Source of the DNA: Macrostomum lignano
Lineage: Eukaryota
Length of the DNA stretch: 64,000 bases
Reading direction: 5' to 3'
Assembly: GCA_002269645.1 (NCBI GenBank)
Contig: NIVC01001414.1
Coordinates: 248,001-312,000, forward strand
In this document: positions 1 through 13,494 of the stretch, piece by piece
Layout: every line of letters starts with the position of its first letter
How positions within the stretch are numbered: position 1 is the first letter of the stretch
Made by a program: the position numbers and the translations under genes
Notes under the pieces: generated by a model
What the model saw: the letters and a program-made list of their open reading frames with translations, nothing else
What the model was told of the DNA's origin: nothing
The model's database searches: none

Positions 1-425
1 ACTGCTAGCTGTCAGTAGTAGTGGCGGACATGACAAATTTTCGTCTTGGTTGATTTCTAAATGTACTCGTTGAGTCACCCAGCAATCAGTGACTGAAGCT
101 GCGGTGTCCAAGAGTATCCGCATGTAACGGTTAGATACACATTAAAGAGCTGCTCGCTGTTCGTAGTGAGCACAGAAATGCCGTTCTTATCATTCTGTTG
201 CTTTTATAAGCCTTGCTTATTTTTTTGATGCAAGAAAGATAGAGCACAAGAGCTGAGAGGGACTGGAAGGCCAGAGTGGAAGATGGTCGACATCAGAGAA
301 TCGTCATGCCAACCATAAAAGACTTGTGGAGGATTCGCTGAAATGCTGCAGCTCATCATAAAGGGTTGCTCGGGTGCCCTGAGCCACAGCTCATTGGGGA
401 TCTCGCATCATAGATTATAGCTGCT
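1..425. repeat. Paralogous copy of the SVOP 3' flank (matches 39530-39559 joined to 40763-41470)
   Basis: Bases 1-30 are identical to 39530-39559. The sequence then continues into a close match of 40765 onward (gttgagtcacccag..gactgaagctgcggtgtccaagagtatccgcatgtaa). Confidence 0.85.
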
Positions 426-427
426 TT

Positions 428-810
428 CAGTTGTGATGCTTTTTTGCTTTTTTTGAGAGAAGTAGACAGGAGAGGAGAGAGGGGTAGACAGGAGAGAGGG
501 ATAGACAGGAGATAGGAGAGAGGAGAGAGGGGTAGACATGAGAGAGGAGAGAGGGGTAGACAGGAAAGAGGAGAGAGGGGTAGACAGGAGAGAGGGGTAG
601 ACAGGAAAGAGGAGAGAGGGGTAGACAGGAGAGAGGAGAGAGGGGTAGACAGGAGAGATGAGAGAGGGGTAGACAGGAGAGAGGAGAGAGGGGTAGACAG
701 GAAAGAGGAGAGTGGGGTAGACAGGAGAGAGGAGAGAGGGGTAGACAGGAAAGAGGAGAGAGGGGTAGACAGGAGAGAGGAGAGAGGGGTAGACAGGAGA
801 GAGGAGATCG
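428..810. repeat. 24-bp purine-rich minisatellite (aggagagaggagagaggggtagac)n
   Basis: Direct tandem units; produces 8-aa periodic spurious ORFs. A related repeat lies at 37980-38350. Confidence 0.9.
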
Positions 811-1423
811 AAGGGTTGACAGGAGGGAGATGTAGATAGGAAAGAGTACTGAGAGCACTGAGTGTGCCAAGCACAGCAGCACTGAGAATGAACCAAGCCT
901 GACAACTGTGTGCCATGTGTCAGACACTCTTACCTTTTCAAGCCGCTGATACAGATTTTATAATGTCAGCATTGATGTATAATTTGTTGTTACATTTTTA
1001 TTGTATTGTTTACGCTCGTAAATATTTAACCTTATTTCAAAGTGAGACGATGGCATTAAAATTGTTTGATATCTGCTAAAGTACACAGCGCAACAGTAAA
1101 AGTACATGCGCTACTGTGCAAGCTTCAGCACTGCAAAGAGGTTCTACAATAAAGAAGTCAAAGCATTCGGGAAAATCAAAACGGTGCAGTGAGAGCAGAC
1201 TTTGCTGATAGCGACGCTCGTGAAGGTGCTGGGTGGCTTTTTTCCGTTCTTGAAACGCTACTTCAGTGGTAAAAAATATGTTTCCATAGCATTCCATAGC
1301 TACTAAAGCACCCTAAGAATGAATTTCGGCTAAGTCAATACCCACAACGTATTGTAGCCTAGATTCTCAGAACAAAGAAATCTGATGATTTAAAATTTTA
1401 AATTTAGGATCCAAAGTCAATTC

Positions 1424-1945
1424 TCACGTCGTAGACAGTTTTCGAAGTGAGTCAGACTCTTTCGTCAGGAACTCGTGCTGCAGCAGCTCCACTGCGGGTC
1501 TTCTCTTCCTGCGGTCCTTGGCGGTGCAGCGGCTGTAGAAATCCATCAGCTCTGCGGACTGGCCGTCCGGCAGGGCGGGGGCGCCCCTCCTGTCAAGATG
1601 CTGGGCCATTTCCAAAAAGCTTTTGGCATCAGCAAAAGGCTCAGTACCGGAGGCCATCTGGAAGACCGAGCAGCCGAACGCCCAGATGTCCGACTCTCTG
1701 CTGTACCGCGGGCTGTCCGACTCTTCCGCTCCGAGCAGCTCTGGCGCCATGAAGTTCAGGGTGCCTTTGGGTGACTGAGTGGAGGCTGACATGTGGCTGA
1801 CTAACTGCTCCAGCTTGATTGACAAGCCGAAGTCGATCAGCTTGATTCGCGTGTTGTCAGCACAAACAATTATGTTCGAGCAGTTGATGTCTCTGTGGAT
1901 CACTGGCGGCTGCCGGCTGTGCAGGTAGAGCAGCGCGCGGCAGAT
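1424..1945 (-). CDS. Terminal exon of ankyrin-repeat Ser/Thr kinase gene: kinase C-lobe (STE/MAP3K-like)
   Basis: ICRALLYLH..PPVIHRDINCSNI..KLIDFG..GTLNFMAPE..DIWAFGC. Acceptor cactgaccgaccgctcgcag|ATC at 1945; TGA at 1424-1426. Joins in phase 0 to the exon ending FNKQ at 16623. Confidence 0.92.
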   Translation of the reverse strand: MCRALLYLHSRQPPVIHRDINCSNIIVCADNTRIKLIDFGLSIKLEQLVSHMSASTQSPKGTLNFMAPELLGAEESDSPRYSRESDIWAFGCSVFQMASGTEPFADAKSFLEMAQHLDRRGAPALPDGQSAELMDFYSRCTAKDRRKRRPAVELLQHEFLTKESDSLRKLSTT

Positions 1946-2965
1946 CTGCGAGCGGTCGGTCAGTGAGCAGTCAGCATTCATGGACAACTAGAGTATAAGG
2001 ACGTTATACTCAGCTTTAGTGGAAATCGAGCTGGAGGCCAAATTTTCGCGTAAATACACAAGCGAGATAGAAGAATATAATATTTTTCATGCGAAATAGG
2101 CAGCTAATTTGAGTCGAAGAAGCAGTGAAGTTCTTATTTTGATATAAGTTGAAGGCGTTATTGCTTTGTTGAATTTTATAAGGCTTTCATCGCGAAAGTG
2201 TTGCATTCTACTTTTTACATTTACATTATTATTATAATTATAAGGCATACTCTACTCTAGTAGGCCTCTGGCCTATCTAGTAGTATAGTATTCCCTACTA
2301 TTATTAATATTAGGCTATGTCTACTGTATTCAGTAAGGGACAATGACCAAGCCAGTATATACATCCAGCCTGTGTACTATCTGTAGTAGATCTCAAATTT
2401 CATGCCTATGATCAATATACTTAGTCCTATATACTAAAAATGAAATGCTTGGTTGCTTGCTTGTAATTGATTTTCTCCCGAACGGCTCAACCGATTTTCT
2501 TCAAACTTGCACCATTCGATCAGAAATTTTCCCGGGACGGTACATGCATATTGGCTAAGAAATTGCTCAATGTTAAAGGGATTAAATATTCGAAAAACAT
2601 GATTTTTTGCAAAGGTCAAGCAGCTCTTTCGACCTGAAATGCATTGTAAGAATGCTAGAGAAAAATCTGACTGGTTGAATTCTGATTCTGAAATAGATTG
2701 CATCACAATACACTTTATTTATCGTCTGTGTACTGGCTGAATTTGACACTCAATTGAATTGCGTCACAGCTTTGAGGGTGAAAGTATAGTGCAGTACTGA
2801 ATTTATATTACGTAACCATATTGTTAACTTTCATAGACACTGGTACTGACTTGCCTAAGAAATTGATTATGTCATAACTGCTTCGCGTGACTTTTTACTC
2901 TACCTGACTTGGTGTGAGTGTTGAATTAATTATATAAGTGGTACAAATTCACTGATAACTTCGAT

Positions 2966-3024
2966 GAGAGCTAGCCTAGAGCTGAGCAGACCAGACTGCT
3001 AATGCAGCGACCTGGGTTCGAATC
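2966..3024 (+). ncRNA. tRNA-derived (Ser-GCT-like) Pol III module inside the Helitron-like unit; further copies at 5303-5361, 8572-8630, 13381-13438
   Basis: A-box-like TAGCCTAGAG, anticodon-loop-like ACTGCTAA and B-box GGTTCGAAT, with T-runs downstream. No complete acceptor stem. Confidence 0.55.
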
Positions 3025-3097
3025 TAAGTAGTTTAAAAGTAGTAGTGTAAAATTTTTTATTAAAAGCTTTTATTAAAGGACTAAATAAAAACACTTA

Positions 3098-4998
3098 GAT
3101 TACTGCACTCGATAAGCTAAGGATTATTGCTCTTGGCAAACCAAGGAATACTGCACTCGATAAGCCAAGGATTATTGCTCTTGGCAAACCAAGGATTACT
3201 GCACTCGATAAGCCATGGATTATTGCTATTAATAAACCAAGGATTACTGCACTCGATAAGCCAAGGATTATTGCTATTAATAAACCATGAATTACTGCAC
3301 TCGATAAGCCAAGGATTATTGCTATTAATAAACCAAGGATTACTGCACTCATAAGCCATGGATTATTGCTATTAATAAACCAAGGATTACTGCACTCGAT
3401 AAGCCAAGGATTATTGCTATTAATAAACCAAGGATTACTGCACTCGATAAACCAAGGATTATTGCTATTAATAAACCAAGAATTACTGCACTCGATAAGC
3501 CAAGGACTATTGCTATTAATAAACCAAGGATTACTGCACTCAATAAACCAAGGACTATTGCTCTTGGCAAACCAAGGATTACTGCACTCGATAAGCCAAG
3601 GACTATTGCTCTTGGCAAACCAAGGATTACTGCACTCGATAAGGCATGGATTATTGCTATTAATAAACCAAGGATTACTGCACTCGATAAGCCAAGGATT
3701 ATTGCTATTAATAAACTAAGGATTACTGCACTCGATAAACCAAGGATTATTGCTATTAATAAACCAAGGATTATGCACTTGGCAAACCAAGGATTACTGC
3801 AATCGATAAGCCAAGGATTATTGCTATTAATAAACCAAGCATTACTGCACTCAATAAACCAAGGACTATTGCTATTAATAAACCAAGGATTACTGCACTC
3901 AAAAAACCAAGGACTATTGCTCTTGGCAAACCAAGGATTACTGCACTCGATAAGCCAAGGATTATTGCTATTAATAAACCAAGGATTACTGCACTCGATA
4001 AGCCAAGGATTATTGCTATTAATAAACCAAGGATTAATGCACTCGATAAACCAAGGATTATTGCTATTAATAAACCAAGGATTACTGCACTCGATAAGCC
4101 AAGGATTATTGCTATTAATAAACCAAGGATTATGCACTTGGCAAACCAAGGATTACTGCACTCGATAAGCCAAGGATTATTGCTATTAATAAACCAAGGA
4201 TTACTGCACTCAATAAACCAAGGACTATTGCTATTAATAAACCAAGGATTACTGCACTCAATAAACCAAGGACTATTGCTCTTGGCAAACCAAGGATTAC
4301 TGCACTCGATAAGCCAAGGACTATTGCTCTTGGCAAACCAAGGATTACTGCACTCGATAAGCCATGGATTATTGCTATTAATAAACCAAGGATTACTGCA
4401 CTCGATAAGCCAAGGATTATTGCTATTAATAAACCAAGGATTACTGCACTCGATAAACCAAGGATTATGCACTTGGCAAACCAAGGATTACTGCACTCGA
4501 TAAGCCAAGGATTATTGCTATTAATAAACCAAGGATTACTGCACTCAATAAACCAAGGACTATTGCTATTAATAAACCAAGGATTACTGCACTCAATAAA
4601 CCAAGGACTATTGCTCTTGGCAAACCAAGGATTACTGCACTCGATAAGCCAAGGACTATTGCTCTTGGCAAACCAAGGATTACTGCACTCGATAAGCCAT
4701 GGATTATTGCTATTAATAAACCAAGGATTACTGCACTCGATAAGCCAAGGATTATTGCTATTAATAAACCAAGGATTACTGCACTCGATAAGGCATGGAT
4801 TATTGCTATTAATAAACCAAGGATTACTGCACTCGATAAGCCAAGGATTATTGCTATTAATAAACCATGAATTACTGCACTCGATAAGCCAAGGATTATT
4901 GCTATTAATAAACCAAGGATTACTGCACTCGATAAGCCATGGATTATTGCTATTAATAAACCAAGGATTACTGCACTCGATAGCCAAGGATTACTGCG
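3098..4998. repeat. 24/48-bp satellite (taaaccaaggattactgcactcga / taagccaaggattattgctattaa)
   Basis: Alternating 24-mer variants; marker ggattatgcacttgg recurs near 3770, 4130 and 4465. Confidence 0.95.
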
Positions 4999-5039
4999 CT
5001 TGATAAGCTTGGCTACATGTATAGGATTATTTCTATCCA

Positions 5040-5260
5040 GGGATGCTTGCTATTTAAGGATTCTTGCTATGTGCAGGATGCTTGCTATCTGGAAGGATGC
5101 TTCTACATTATTTGGGGTATGCTTGCTATCTGCAAGATGCTTGCTATCTGCAAGATGCTTGCTATCTGCAAGATGCTTGCTATCTGCAGATGCTTGCTAT
5201 CTGGGTGGATGCTTGCTAGGAGTATTAGGGGATGCTTGCTACTGGGGGGATGCTTGCTGT
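5040..5260. repeat. Degenerate 18-bp tandem repeat (atgcttgctatctgcaag)n
   Basis: Direct tandem copies are visible at 5129-5200. Confidence 0.8.
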
Positions 5261-5418
5261 CTTGGGAATATTTTCTATTTAGGGGTAATGACTAAAATTC
5301 ATGAGAGCTAGCCTAGAGGTAAACAGACTAAACTGCTAAATGCAGGGACGATGGTTCGAATTTTTAGAGAGTAGAGTTTTTTTAATTAAAGCCTTTTAAC
5401 GCCAAGACAAAAAAAATT

Positions 5419-6480
5419 ATGGAAGCGTCATGTAAACAATCATACAAGCGTCATGTAAACAATCATAGAAGCGTCATGTAAACAATCATAGAAGCGTCAT
5501 GTAAAAATCATAGAAGCGTCATGTAAAAATCATAGAAGCGTAATGTAAACAATCATAGAAGCGTCATGTTAAAATCATAAAAGCGTCATGTAAACAATCA
5601 TACAAGCGTCATGTAAACAATCATAGAAGCGTCATGTAAACAATCATAGAAGCGTCATGTAAAAATCATAGAAGCGTCATGTAAAAATCATAGAAGCGTA
5701 ATGTAAACAATCATAGAAGCGTCATGTTAAAATCATAAAAGCGTCATGTAAACAATCATACAAGCGTCATGTAAACAATCATAGAAGCGTCATGTAAAAA
5801 AATCATAGAAGCGTCATGTTAAAATCATAAAAGCGTCATAAAAAATCATAGAAGCGTCATGCAAGCAATCATAGAAGCGTAATGTAAACAATCATAGAAG
5901 CGTCATGTTAAAATCATACAAGCGTCATGTAAACAATCATACAAGCGTCATGTAAACAATCATAGAAGCGTCATGTAAAAAAAATCATAGAAGCGTCATG
6001 TTAAAATCATAGAAGCGTCATGTAAACAATCATAGAAGCGTCATGTAAACAATCATAGAAGCGTCATGTAAAAATCATAGAAGCGTCATGTAAAAATCAT
6101 AGAAGCGTCATGTAAACAATCATAAAAGCGTCATGTAAACAATCATAGAAGCGTCATGTATACAATCATAGAAGCGTCATGTAAACAATCATAGAAGCGT
6201 CATGTAAAAAATCATAGAAGCGTCATGTAAAAATCATAGAAGCGTCATGTAAAAATCATAGAAGCGTCATGTAAAAATCATAGAAGCGTCATGTAAAAAT
6301 CATAGAAGCGTCATGTAAAAAATCATAGAAGCGTCATGTAAAAATCATAAAAGCGTCATGTAAAAAATCATAGAAGCGTCATGTAAACAATCATACAAGC
6401 GTCATGTAAACAATCATAGAAGCGTCATGTAAAAATCATACAAGCGTCATGTAAACAAGCATAGAAGCGTCATGAAAAAA
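5419..6480. repeat. 21-22-bp satellite (aatcatagaagcgtcatgtaaa[c]a)n, array 1
   Basis: Tandem units directly downstream of the tRNA-like head. Confidence 0.95.
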
Positions 6481-7444
6481 TTATAGAAGCCTCATATAAA
6501 AACTAATGAAAGTGTGTCATTTAAAAAATTAAGAAGCATCATGGAAGAATAAAAGAAGCGTAACGTAAAAATCAAAAGAAGCGTCATGTCAGACATGAAA
6601 GAAATGTCATATAAAAATTAAATGAAGCTATAGTACAGTGCTGTGCTGGGGAGAATTACTGAGACGTCAAGGCTCACAGAGAATAACTGAGATTACAGGG
6701 GGGTTTCTGAGATGTTAAAGCAAAAGTCAGAAGCTACTTCAAAGTACATGTACTTTACTTAAGTTTTTTATTGCATTCTTTGTTGGCTTGCCACGGTGGG
6801 GGGGGGCGCTGATAGAAGAAGAGTCATGTAAAAATAAAAGGAGCACTATGTATACATAAAATAAAAGTCATGTCAAAGTTAAAAGATTCATTTGGGAATT
6901 GCTACGATGTCAAAGCTTGGAGGGAATCGTTATAGTGCTGTGATTCTTAAAGAAGGAATCACTTAAATACCAAGGCTTAGGGAAGAAGAATTGCTGTGAT
7001 TTCAAGGCTTTAGGTTGGGTGAAAGTTAGGTTTACGTCAGGTTTGGGTTGAGGGTTAGATTTTAGCGCGTTTCAAGGTTAACAGGGGATTTTTTAGATTT
7101 CAAGGTTTATGGGGGCATCGCTGACATGTCAAGGCTTACGAGGGGAATCTATCTATCTATCTATAGCTGAGATGTCAAGGCTCACGGGGGAATAAATGAG
7201 ATGTCAAGGCTAATGTCAGAAGCTACATGTAGTTTATTGGAAAAAAGTTATTACATTATTTGTTGGCTCCTCACGGGAGGGATCGCTGATAGAAAAAGCG
7301 TAATGTAAAAAAAAAAGAAGCTTCATGTCAAAGTTAAGAGATTCATTTGGGAATCCCTACGATGTCGAGGCTTGCAGGGAATCGCTATAATGCTGTAGTA
7401 GTGCTATAGACTCTTAGAGAGAATTACTGAAATTTCAATGCTTT

Positions 7445-7476
7445 AGGGTTAGGGTTAGGGTTAGGGTTAGGGTTAG
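7445..7476 (+). repeat. Interstitial (TTAGGG)n in Helitron-like unit body; also at about 12622-12665 and 16147-16190
   Basis: 5-6 telomere-type hexamers at the homologous position in each unit. Confidence 0.9.
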
Positions 7477-8698
7477 AAAATAGACAGATTTTTTAAGATT
7501 TCAAGGCTTGTGGGAGCATTGCTGAGATGTCAAGGGGGGAGTTGATATGTTAAGGCTTGTGGGGGGGATTGCTGACATGTCAAGGCTTGTGGGGGGGATT
7601 GCTGACATGTCAAGGCTTACAAGGGTACTGGTAGCGTACTGAAGCATACTGGTAGAAGTAGCTCTGAAAGAAGGCAAGTATGGTTGAATTTCAATGTCTG
7701 TTATAAAATTCTGCACAAACATGTTTTATTGGTACATAAGCCTGGAATTAAAATGAGAATTCGATTCCTAGCCCCCCTCCCTAAGAATTTTTTTTCATTT
7801 AAAAGGATTCGTCCCTTGCTTATTGGCCACCCCGAAGGCCATTTTTTATCAAAAATGATAAAAATAATTTTTATCAAACACGTTGACATATACAGGGCTC
7901 TAAACTAAAAACTGTAAAAAGTTGATAGTTTTGTTTTACCTAAAATGCGTTATTAACGATCTCCAAAAATTCCTATTTTAAGCTTAAGCTTAAGAAAAAC
8001 ACTTAAAGTACTCCTGCTAAAAGGTATATTATATTAGACGAATATTAATTATTTCTGCTCCCCGAAGGGGGGCAAAACTTTAGCTAGTCCAATATACTAA
8101 AAATGAAAATCTTGCTTGCTTGTAATCGATTAGAGAAAAAATGGCTTAACCGATTTTTATGAGACTTGCACTGTTCGATCAGAAATTTTCCCGTGACGGT
8201 ACATGCATCGTGGCTAAGAAATTGCTCGATGCTAAAGGCATTAAATATTCGAAAAACATGCTTTTTTGCAAAGGTCAAGCAAACTTTTCGACTTGAAATG
8301 CATTGTAAGAATGCTAGAGAAAAAACTGACTGGTTGAATTCTGATTCTGAAATAGATTGCATCATAACTGAATTGTAACTCCGACTTGAATTGAAAATGC
8401 AGTGTGGAAGCGTAGCACAGACTTGATTTAAATTGCGTAACCATAATTGTTAACTGATACTGACTGACTGAGAAACTGATTATGTCATAACTGCTTCGTG
8501 TGATTTACTCTATGCTTGGATTTTAAAGTGTTGAATTATATAAGTGCAAAATTTGATGTTATCAAAACGATGAGAGCTAGCCTAGAGGTGAACAAACTGA
8601 ACTGCTAAATGCAGCGACGGTGGTTCGAATTTTCATAGAGTATAATTTTTTTAATTAAAGCTTTTCCACGTCAGGAAAACTAAAAGACTTTTTAAAAA

Positions 8699-11690
8699 GA
8701 AGCGTCATGTAAAAATCATAGAAGCGTCATGTAAAAATCATAGAAGCGTCATGTCAAAAATCATAAAAGCGTCATGTAAAAATCATAGAAGCGTCTTTTA
8801 AAAAAATCATAGAAGCGTCATGTAAACAATCATAGAAGCGTCATGTAAACAATCATAGGAGCGTCATGTAAAAAATCATAGAAGCGTCATGCAAACAATC
8901 ATAGAAGCGTCATGTAAAAATCAAAGAAGCGTCATATAAACAATCATAGAAGCGTCATGTAAACAATCATTGAAGCGTCATGTAAAAATCATAAAAGCGT
9001 CATGAAAAAATCATAGAAGCGTCATGTAAACAATCATTGAAGCGTCATGTAAACAATCATAGAAGCGTCATGTAAAAATCATAGAAGCGTCATGAAAAAA
9101 ATCATAGAAGCGTCATGTAAAAATCATAGAAGCGTCATGTAAACAATCATAGAAGCGTCATGTAAACAATCATAGAAGCGTCATGTAAAAAATCATCGAA
9201 GCGTCATATAAACAATCACTGAAGCGTCATGTAAACAATCATAAAGCGTCATGTAAAAAATCATAGAAGCGTCATGTAAACAATCATAGAAGCGTCATTT
9301 AAAAAATCATAGAAGCGTCATATAAACAATCATAGAAGCGTCTTTTAAAAAATCATAGAAGCGTCATATAAACAATCATAGAAGCGTCATGTAAACAATC
9401 ATAGAAGCGTCATGTAAAAAATCATAGAAGCGTCATGTAAACAATCATAGAAGCGTCATGTAAAAAATCATAGAAGCGTCATGTAAACAATCATAGAAGC
9501 GTCATGTAAACAATCATAGAAGCGTCATGTAAACAATCATAAAGCGTCATGTAAAAATCATAAAAGCGTCATGAAAAAATCATAGAAGCGTCATATAAAC
9601 AATCATAGAAGCGTCATGTAAACAATCATAGAAGCGTCATGTAAACAATCATAGAAGCGTCATGTAAAAAATCATCGAAGCGTCATATAAACAATCACTG
9701 AAGCGTCATGTAAAAAATCATAAAAGCGTCATGTAAAAAATCATAGAAGCGTCATGTAAAAAATCATAGAAGCGTCATTTAAAAAATCATAGAAGCGTCA
9801 TATAAACAATCATAGAAGCGTCATGTAAACAATCATAGAAGCGTCATATAAACAATCATAGAAGCGTCATTTAAAAAATCATAGAAGCGTCATATAAACA
9901 ATCATAGAAGCGTCATGTAAACAATCATAGAAGCGTCATGTAAAAAATCATAGAAGCGTCATGTAAACAATCATAGAAGCGTCATGTAAAAAATCATAGA
10001 AGCGTCATGTAAACAATCACTGAAGCGTCATGTAAACAATCATAGAAGCGTCATGTAAACAATCATAGAAGCGTCATGTAAAAATCATAGAAGCGTCATG
10101 TAAAAATCATCGAAGCGTCATATAAACAATCATGAAGCGTCATGTGAACAATCATAAAGCGTCATGTAAAAAATCATAGAAGCGTCATGTAAAAAATCAT
10201 AGAAGCGTCATGTAAAAAATCATAGAAGCGTCATGTAAACAATCATTGAAGCGTCATTTAAAAAATCATAGAAGCGTCATTTAAACAATCATAGAAGCGT
10301 CTTTAAAAAATCATAGAAGCGTCATATAAACAATCATAGAAGCGTCATGTAAACAATCATAGAAGCGTCATGTAAAAAATCATAGAAGCGTCATGTAAAC
10401 AATCATAGAAGCGTCATGTAAAAAATCATAGAAGCGTCATGTAAACAATCATGAAGCGTCATGTAAACAATCATAGAAGCGTCATGTAAACAATCATAGA
10501 AGCGTCATGTAAAAATCATAGAAGCGTCATGTAAACAATCATAGAAGCGTCATGTAAACAATCATAGAAGCGTCATGTAAACAATCATAGAAGCGTCATG
10601 TAAACAATCATAAAGCGTCATGAAAAAATCATAGAAGCGTCATGTAAAAATATAAAAGCGTCATGTAAAAATCATAGAAGCGTCATGTAAAAATCATAGA
10701 AGCGTCATGTAAAAATCATAGAAGCGTCTTAAAAAATCATAGAAGCGTCATGTAAACAATCATAGAAGCGTCATGTAAACAATCATAGAAGCGTCATGTA
10801 AAAAATCATAGAAGCGTCATGTAAACAATCATAGAAGCGTCATGTAAAAATCAAAGAAGCGTCATATAAACAATCATAGAAGCGTCATGTAAACAATCAT
10901 AGAAGCGTCATGTAAAAATCATAAAGCGTCATGTAAACAATCATAGAAGCGTCATGCAAACAATCATAGAAGCGTCAGGCAAACAATCGTAGAAGCGTCA
11001 TGTAAAAATCATAGAAGCGTCATGAAAAAATCATAGAAGCGTCATGTAAAAATCATAGAAGCGTCATGTAAACAATCATAGAAGCGTCATGTAAACAATC
11101 ATAGAAGCGTCATGTAAAAAATCATAGAAGCGTCATATAAACAATCATAGAAGCGTCATGTAAAAAATCATAGAAGCGTCATGTAAACAATCATAGAAGC
11201 GTCATGTAAAAAATCGTAGAAGCGTCATATAAAAATCATAGAAGCGTCATGTAAAAAATTATAGAAGCGTCTTGTAAACAATCATAGAAGCGTCATGTAA
11301 AAATCATAGAAGCGTCATGCAAAAAATCATAGAAGCGTCTTGTAGCAATCATAGAAGCGTCATGTAAAAATCATAGAAGCGTCATGTAAACAATCATAAA
11401 AGCGTCATGAAAAAATCATAGAAGCGTCATGCAAACAATCATAGAAGCGTCATGTAAACAATCATAGAAGTGTCATGTAAAAATCATAGAAGCGTCATGT
11501 AAACAATCATAGAAGCGTCATGTAAACAATCATAGAAGCGTCATGTAAACAATCATAGAATCGTCATGTAAAAATCATAGAAGCGTCATGCAAACAATTA
11601 TAGAAGCGTCATGTAAAAATCATAAAGCGTCATGCAAACAATCATAGAAGCGTCATGTAAACAATCATAGAAGCGTCATCAAAAGATCAT
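8699..11690. repeat. 21-22-bp satellite, array 2 (~3 kb)
   Basis: Same monomer as array 1. Confidence 0.95.
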
Positions 11691-13494
11691 AGAAGCCTCA
11701 TATAAAAACTAATGGAAGTGTCATTTGAGAAATCATAGAAGCGTCATGGAAGAATAAAAGAAGCGTCATGTCAGACATGAAAGAAGTGTCATGTAAAAAT
11801 TAAAAGAAGCTATTGTGCTGTGCTGGGAGAATTACTAAGATGTCAAGGCTCACGGAGAATAACTGAGATTTTGGGGAGGCGGTTTCTGAGATGCCAGAGA
11901 AGCAAAGTAGCAAACGTCAGAAGCTACTTCAAAGTACATGTAGTTTACTTAATTTTTTATTACATTCTTTGTTGGCTCGCTACGGGGGAGGGGGCGCTGA
12001 TAGAAGAAGAGTCATGTAAAAAAGAAAAGAAGCACTATGTATACATAAAAGAAGAGTCATTATGTCAAAGTTAAAAGATTCATTTGGGAATTGCTACGAT
12101 GCCAAGGCTTGGAGGGAATCGCTATGGTGCTGTGATTCTTAAATAAGGAATCACTAAAATGTCAAGGCTTAGGGGAGAAGAATTGCTGAGATTTAAGGCT
12201 TTAGGTTGGGTTAAAGTTAGGTTTAGGTCAGGTTTGGGTTGATGGTTAGATTTTAGCGGGTTTCAAGATTAACAGGGGATTTTTCAGATATCAAGGTTTA
12301 TGGGGGCATCGCTAACATGACAAGGCTTACGGGGGGAATAGCTGAGATGTCAAGGCTCACGGGGAATAACCGAGATGTCAAGGCTAAATTCACAAGCTAC
12401 ATGTAGATGATGTAGTTTATTGAAAAATGTTTTCATTATTTATTGGCTCTTCACGGGAAGGATCGCTGATAGATAAAGTGTAATGTAAAAAATAAAAGAA
12501 GCTTCATGTCGAAGTTAAGAGATTCATTTGGGAATCCCTACGATGTCGAGGCTTGCAGGGAATCGCTATAATGCTGTAGTGCTATAATGACTCTCGGAGA
12601 GAATTACTGAAATGTCAATGCTTTAGGGTTAGGGTTAGGGTTAGGGTTAGGGTTAGGGTTAGGTTTAGAAGGTTAACAGATTTTTTAAGATTTCAAGGCT
12701 TATGGGGGGAATTGCTAAGATGTCAAGGGGGAGTTGATATGCTAAGGCTTGTGGGGGGGGAGGAATTGCTGGCATGTCAAGGCTTACAAGGGTTTGCTGA
12801 GGTATAATGCAAAGAGACGCTTATATGTAGTTTATTAAAAAACTTGTGCTGTATTTTTTGGCTCCCCAACGGGGGGCGCTGATTGCTAGTCCTATATACT
12901 AAAAATGAAAATCTTGCTTGCTTGCTTGCTTGTAATCGATTAGAGAAAAAATGGCTTAACCGATTTTCATGAGACTTGCACTGTTCGATCAGAAATTTTC
13001 CCGTGACGGTACATGCATCTTGGCTAAGAAATTGCTCCATGTTAAAGGGATTAAATGTTCGAAAAACATGCTTTTTTGCAAAGGTCAAGCAAACTTTTCG
13101 ACTTGAAATGCATTGTAAGAATGCTAGAGAAAAAACTGACTGGTTGAATTCTGATTCTGAAATAGATTGCATCATAACTGAATTGTAACTCTGACTTGAA
13201 TTGAAAATGCAGTGTGGAAGCGTAGCACCAGACTTGATTTAAATTGCGTAACCATATTGTTAACTGATACTGACTGACTGAGAAATTGATTATGTCATAA
13301 CTGCCTCGTGTGATTTACTCTATGCTTGGAGTTTTGAAACTTATAATTATAAGTGCTAAAATTCATATTATCAAAACGATGAGAGCTAGCCTAGAGGTAA
13401 ACAGACTGACTGCTAAATGCAGGGACGATGGTTCGAATTTTTAGAGAGTGGAATTTTTTTAATTAAAGCTTTTTAACACCAAGAAGAAAACTAA

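Noticed and set aside
3095-5003. Long Leu/Ile-rich 'membrane protein' ORFs
   Set aside because: Translations of a stop-poor 24-bp satellite in several frames.
2434-13175. Thrice-repeated ORF MMQSISESEFNQS.. (2434-2706, 8084-8365, 12777-13175) as a gene family
   Set aside because: It lies antisense within the 5' part of the repeat unit, its length and C-terminus vary, and it has no recognisable domain.
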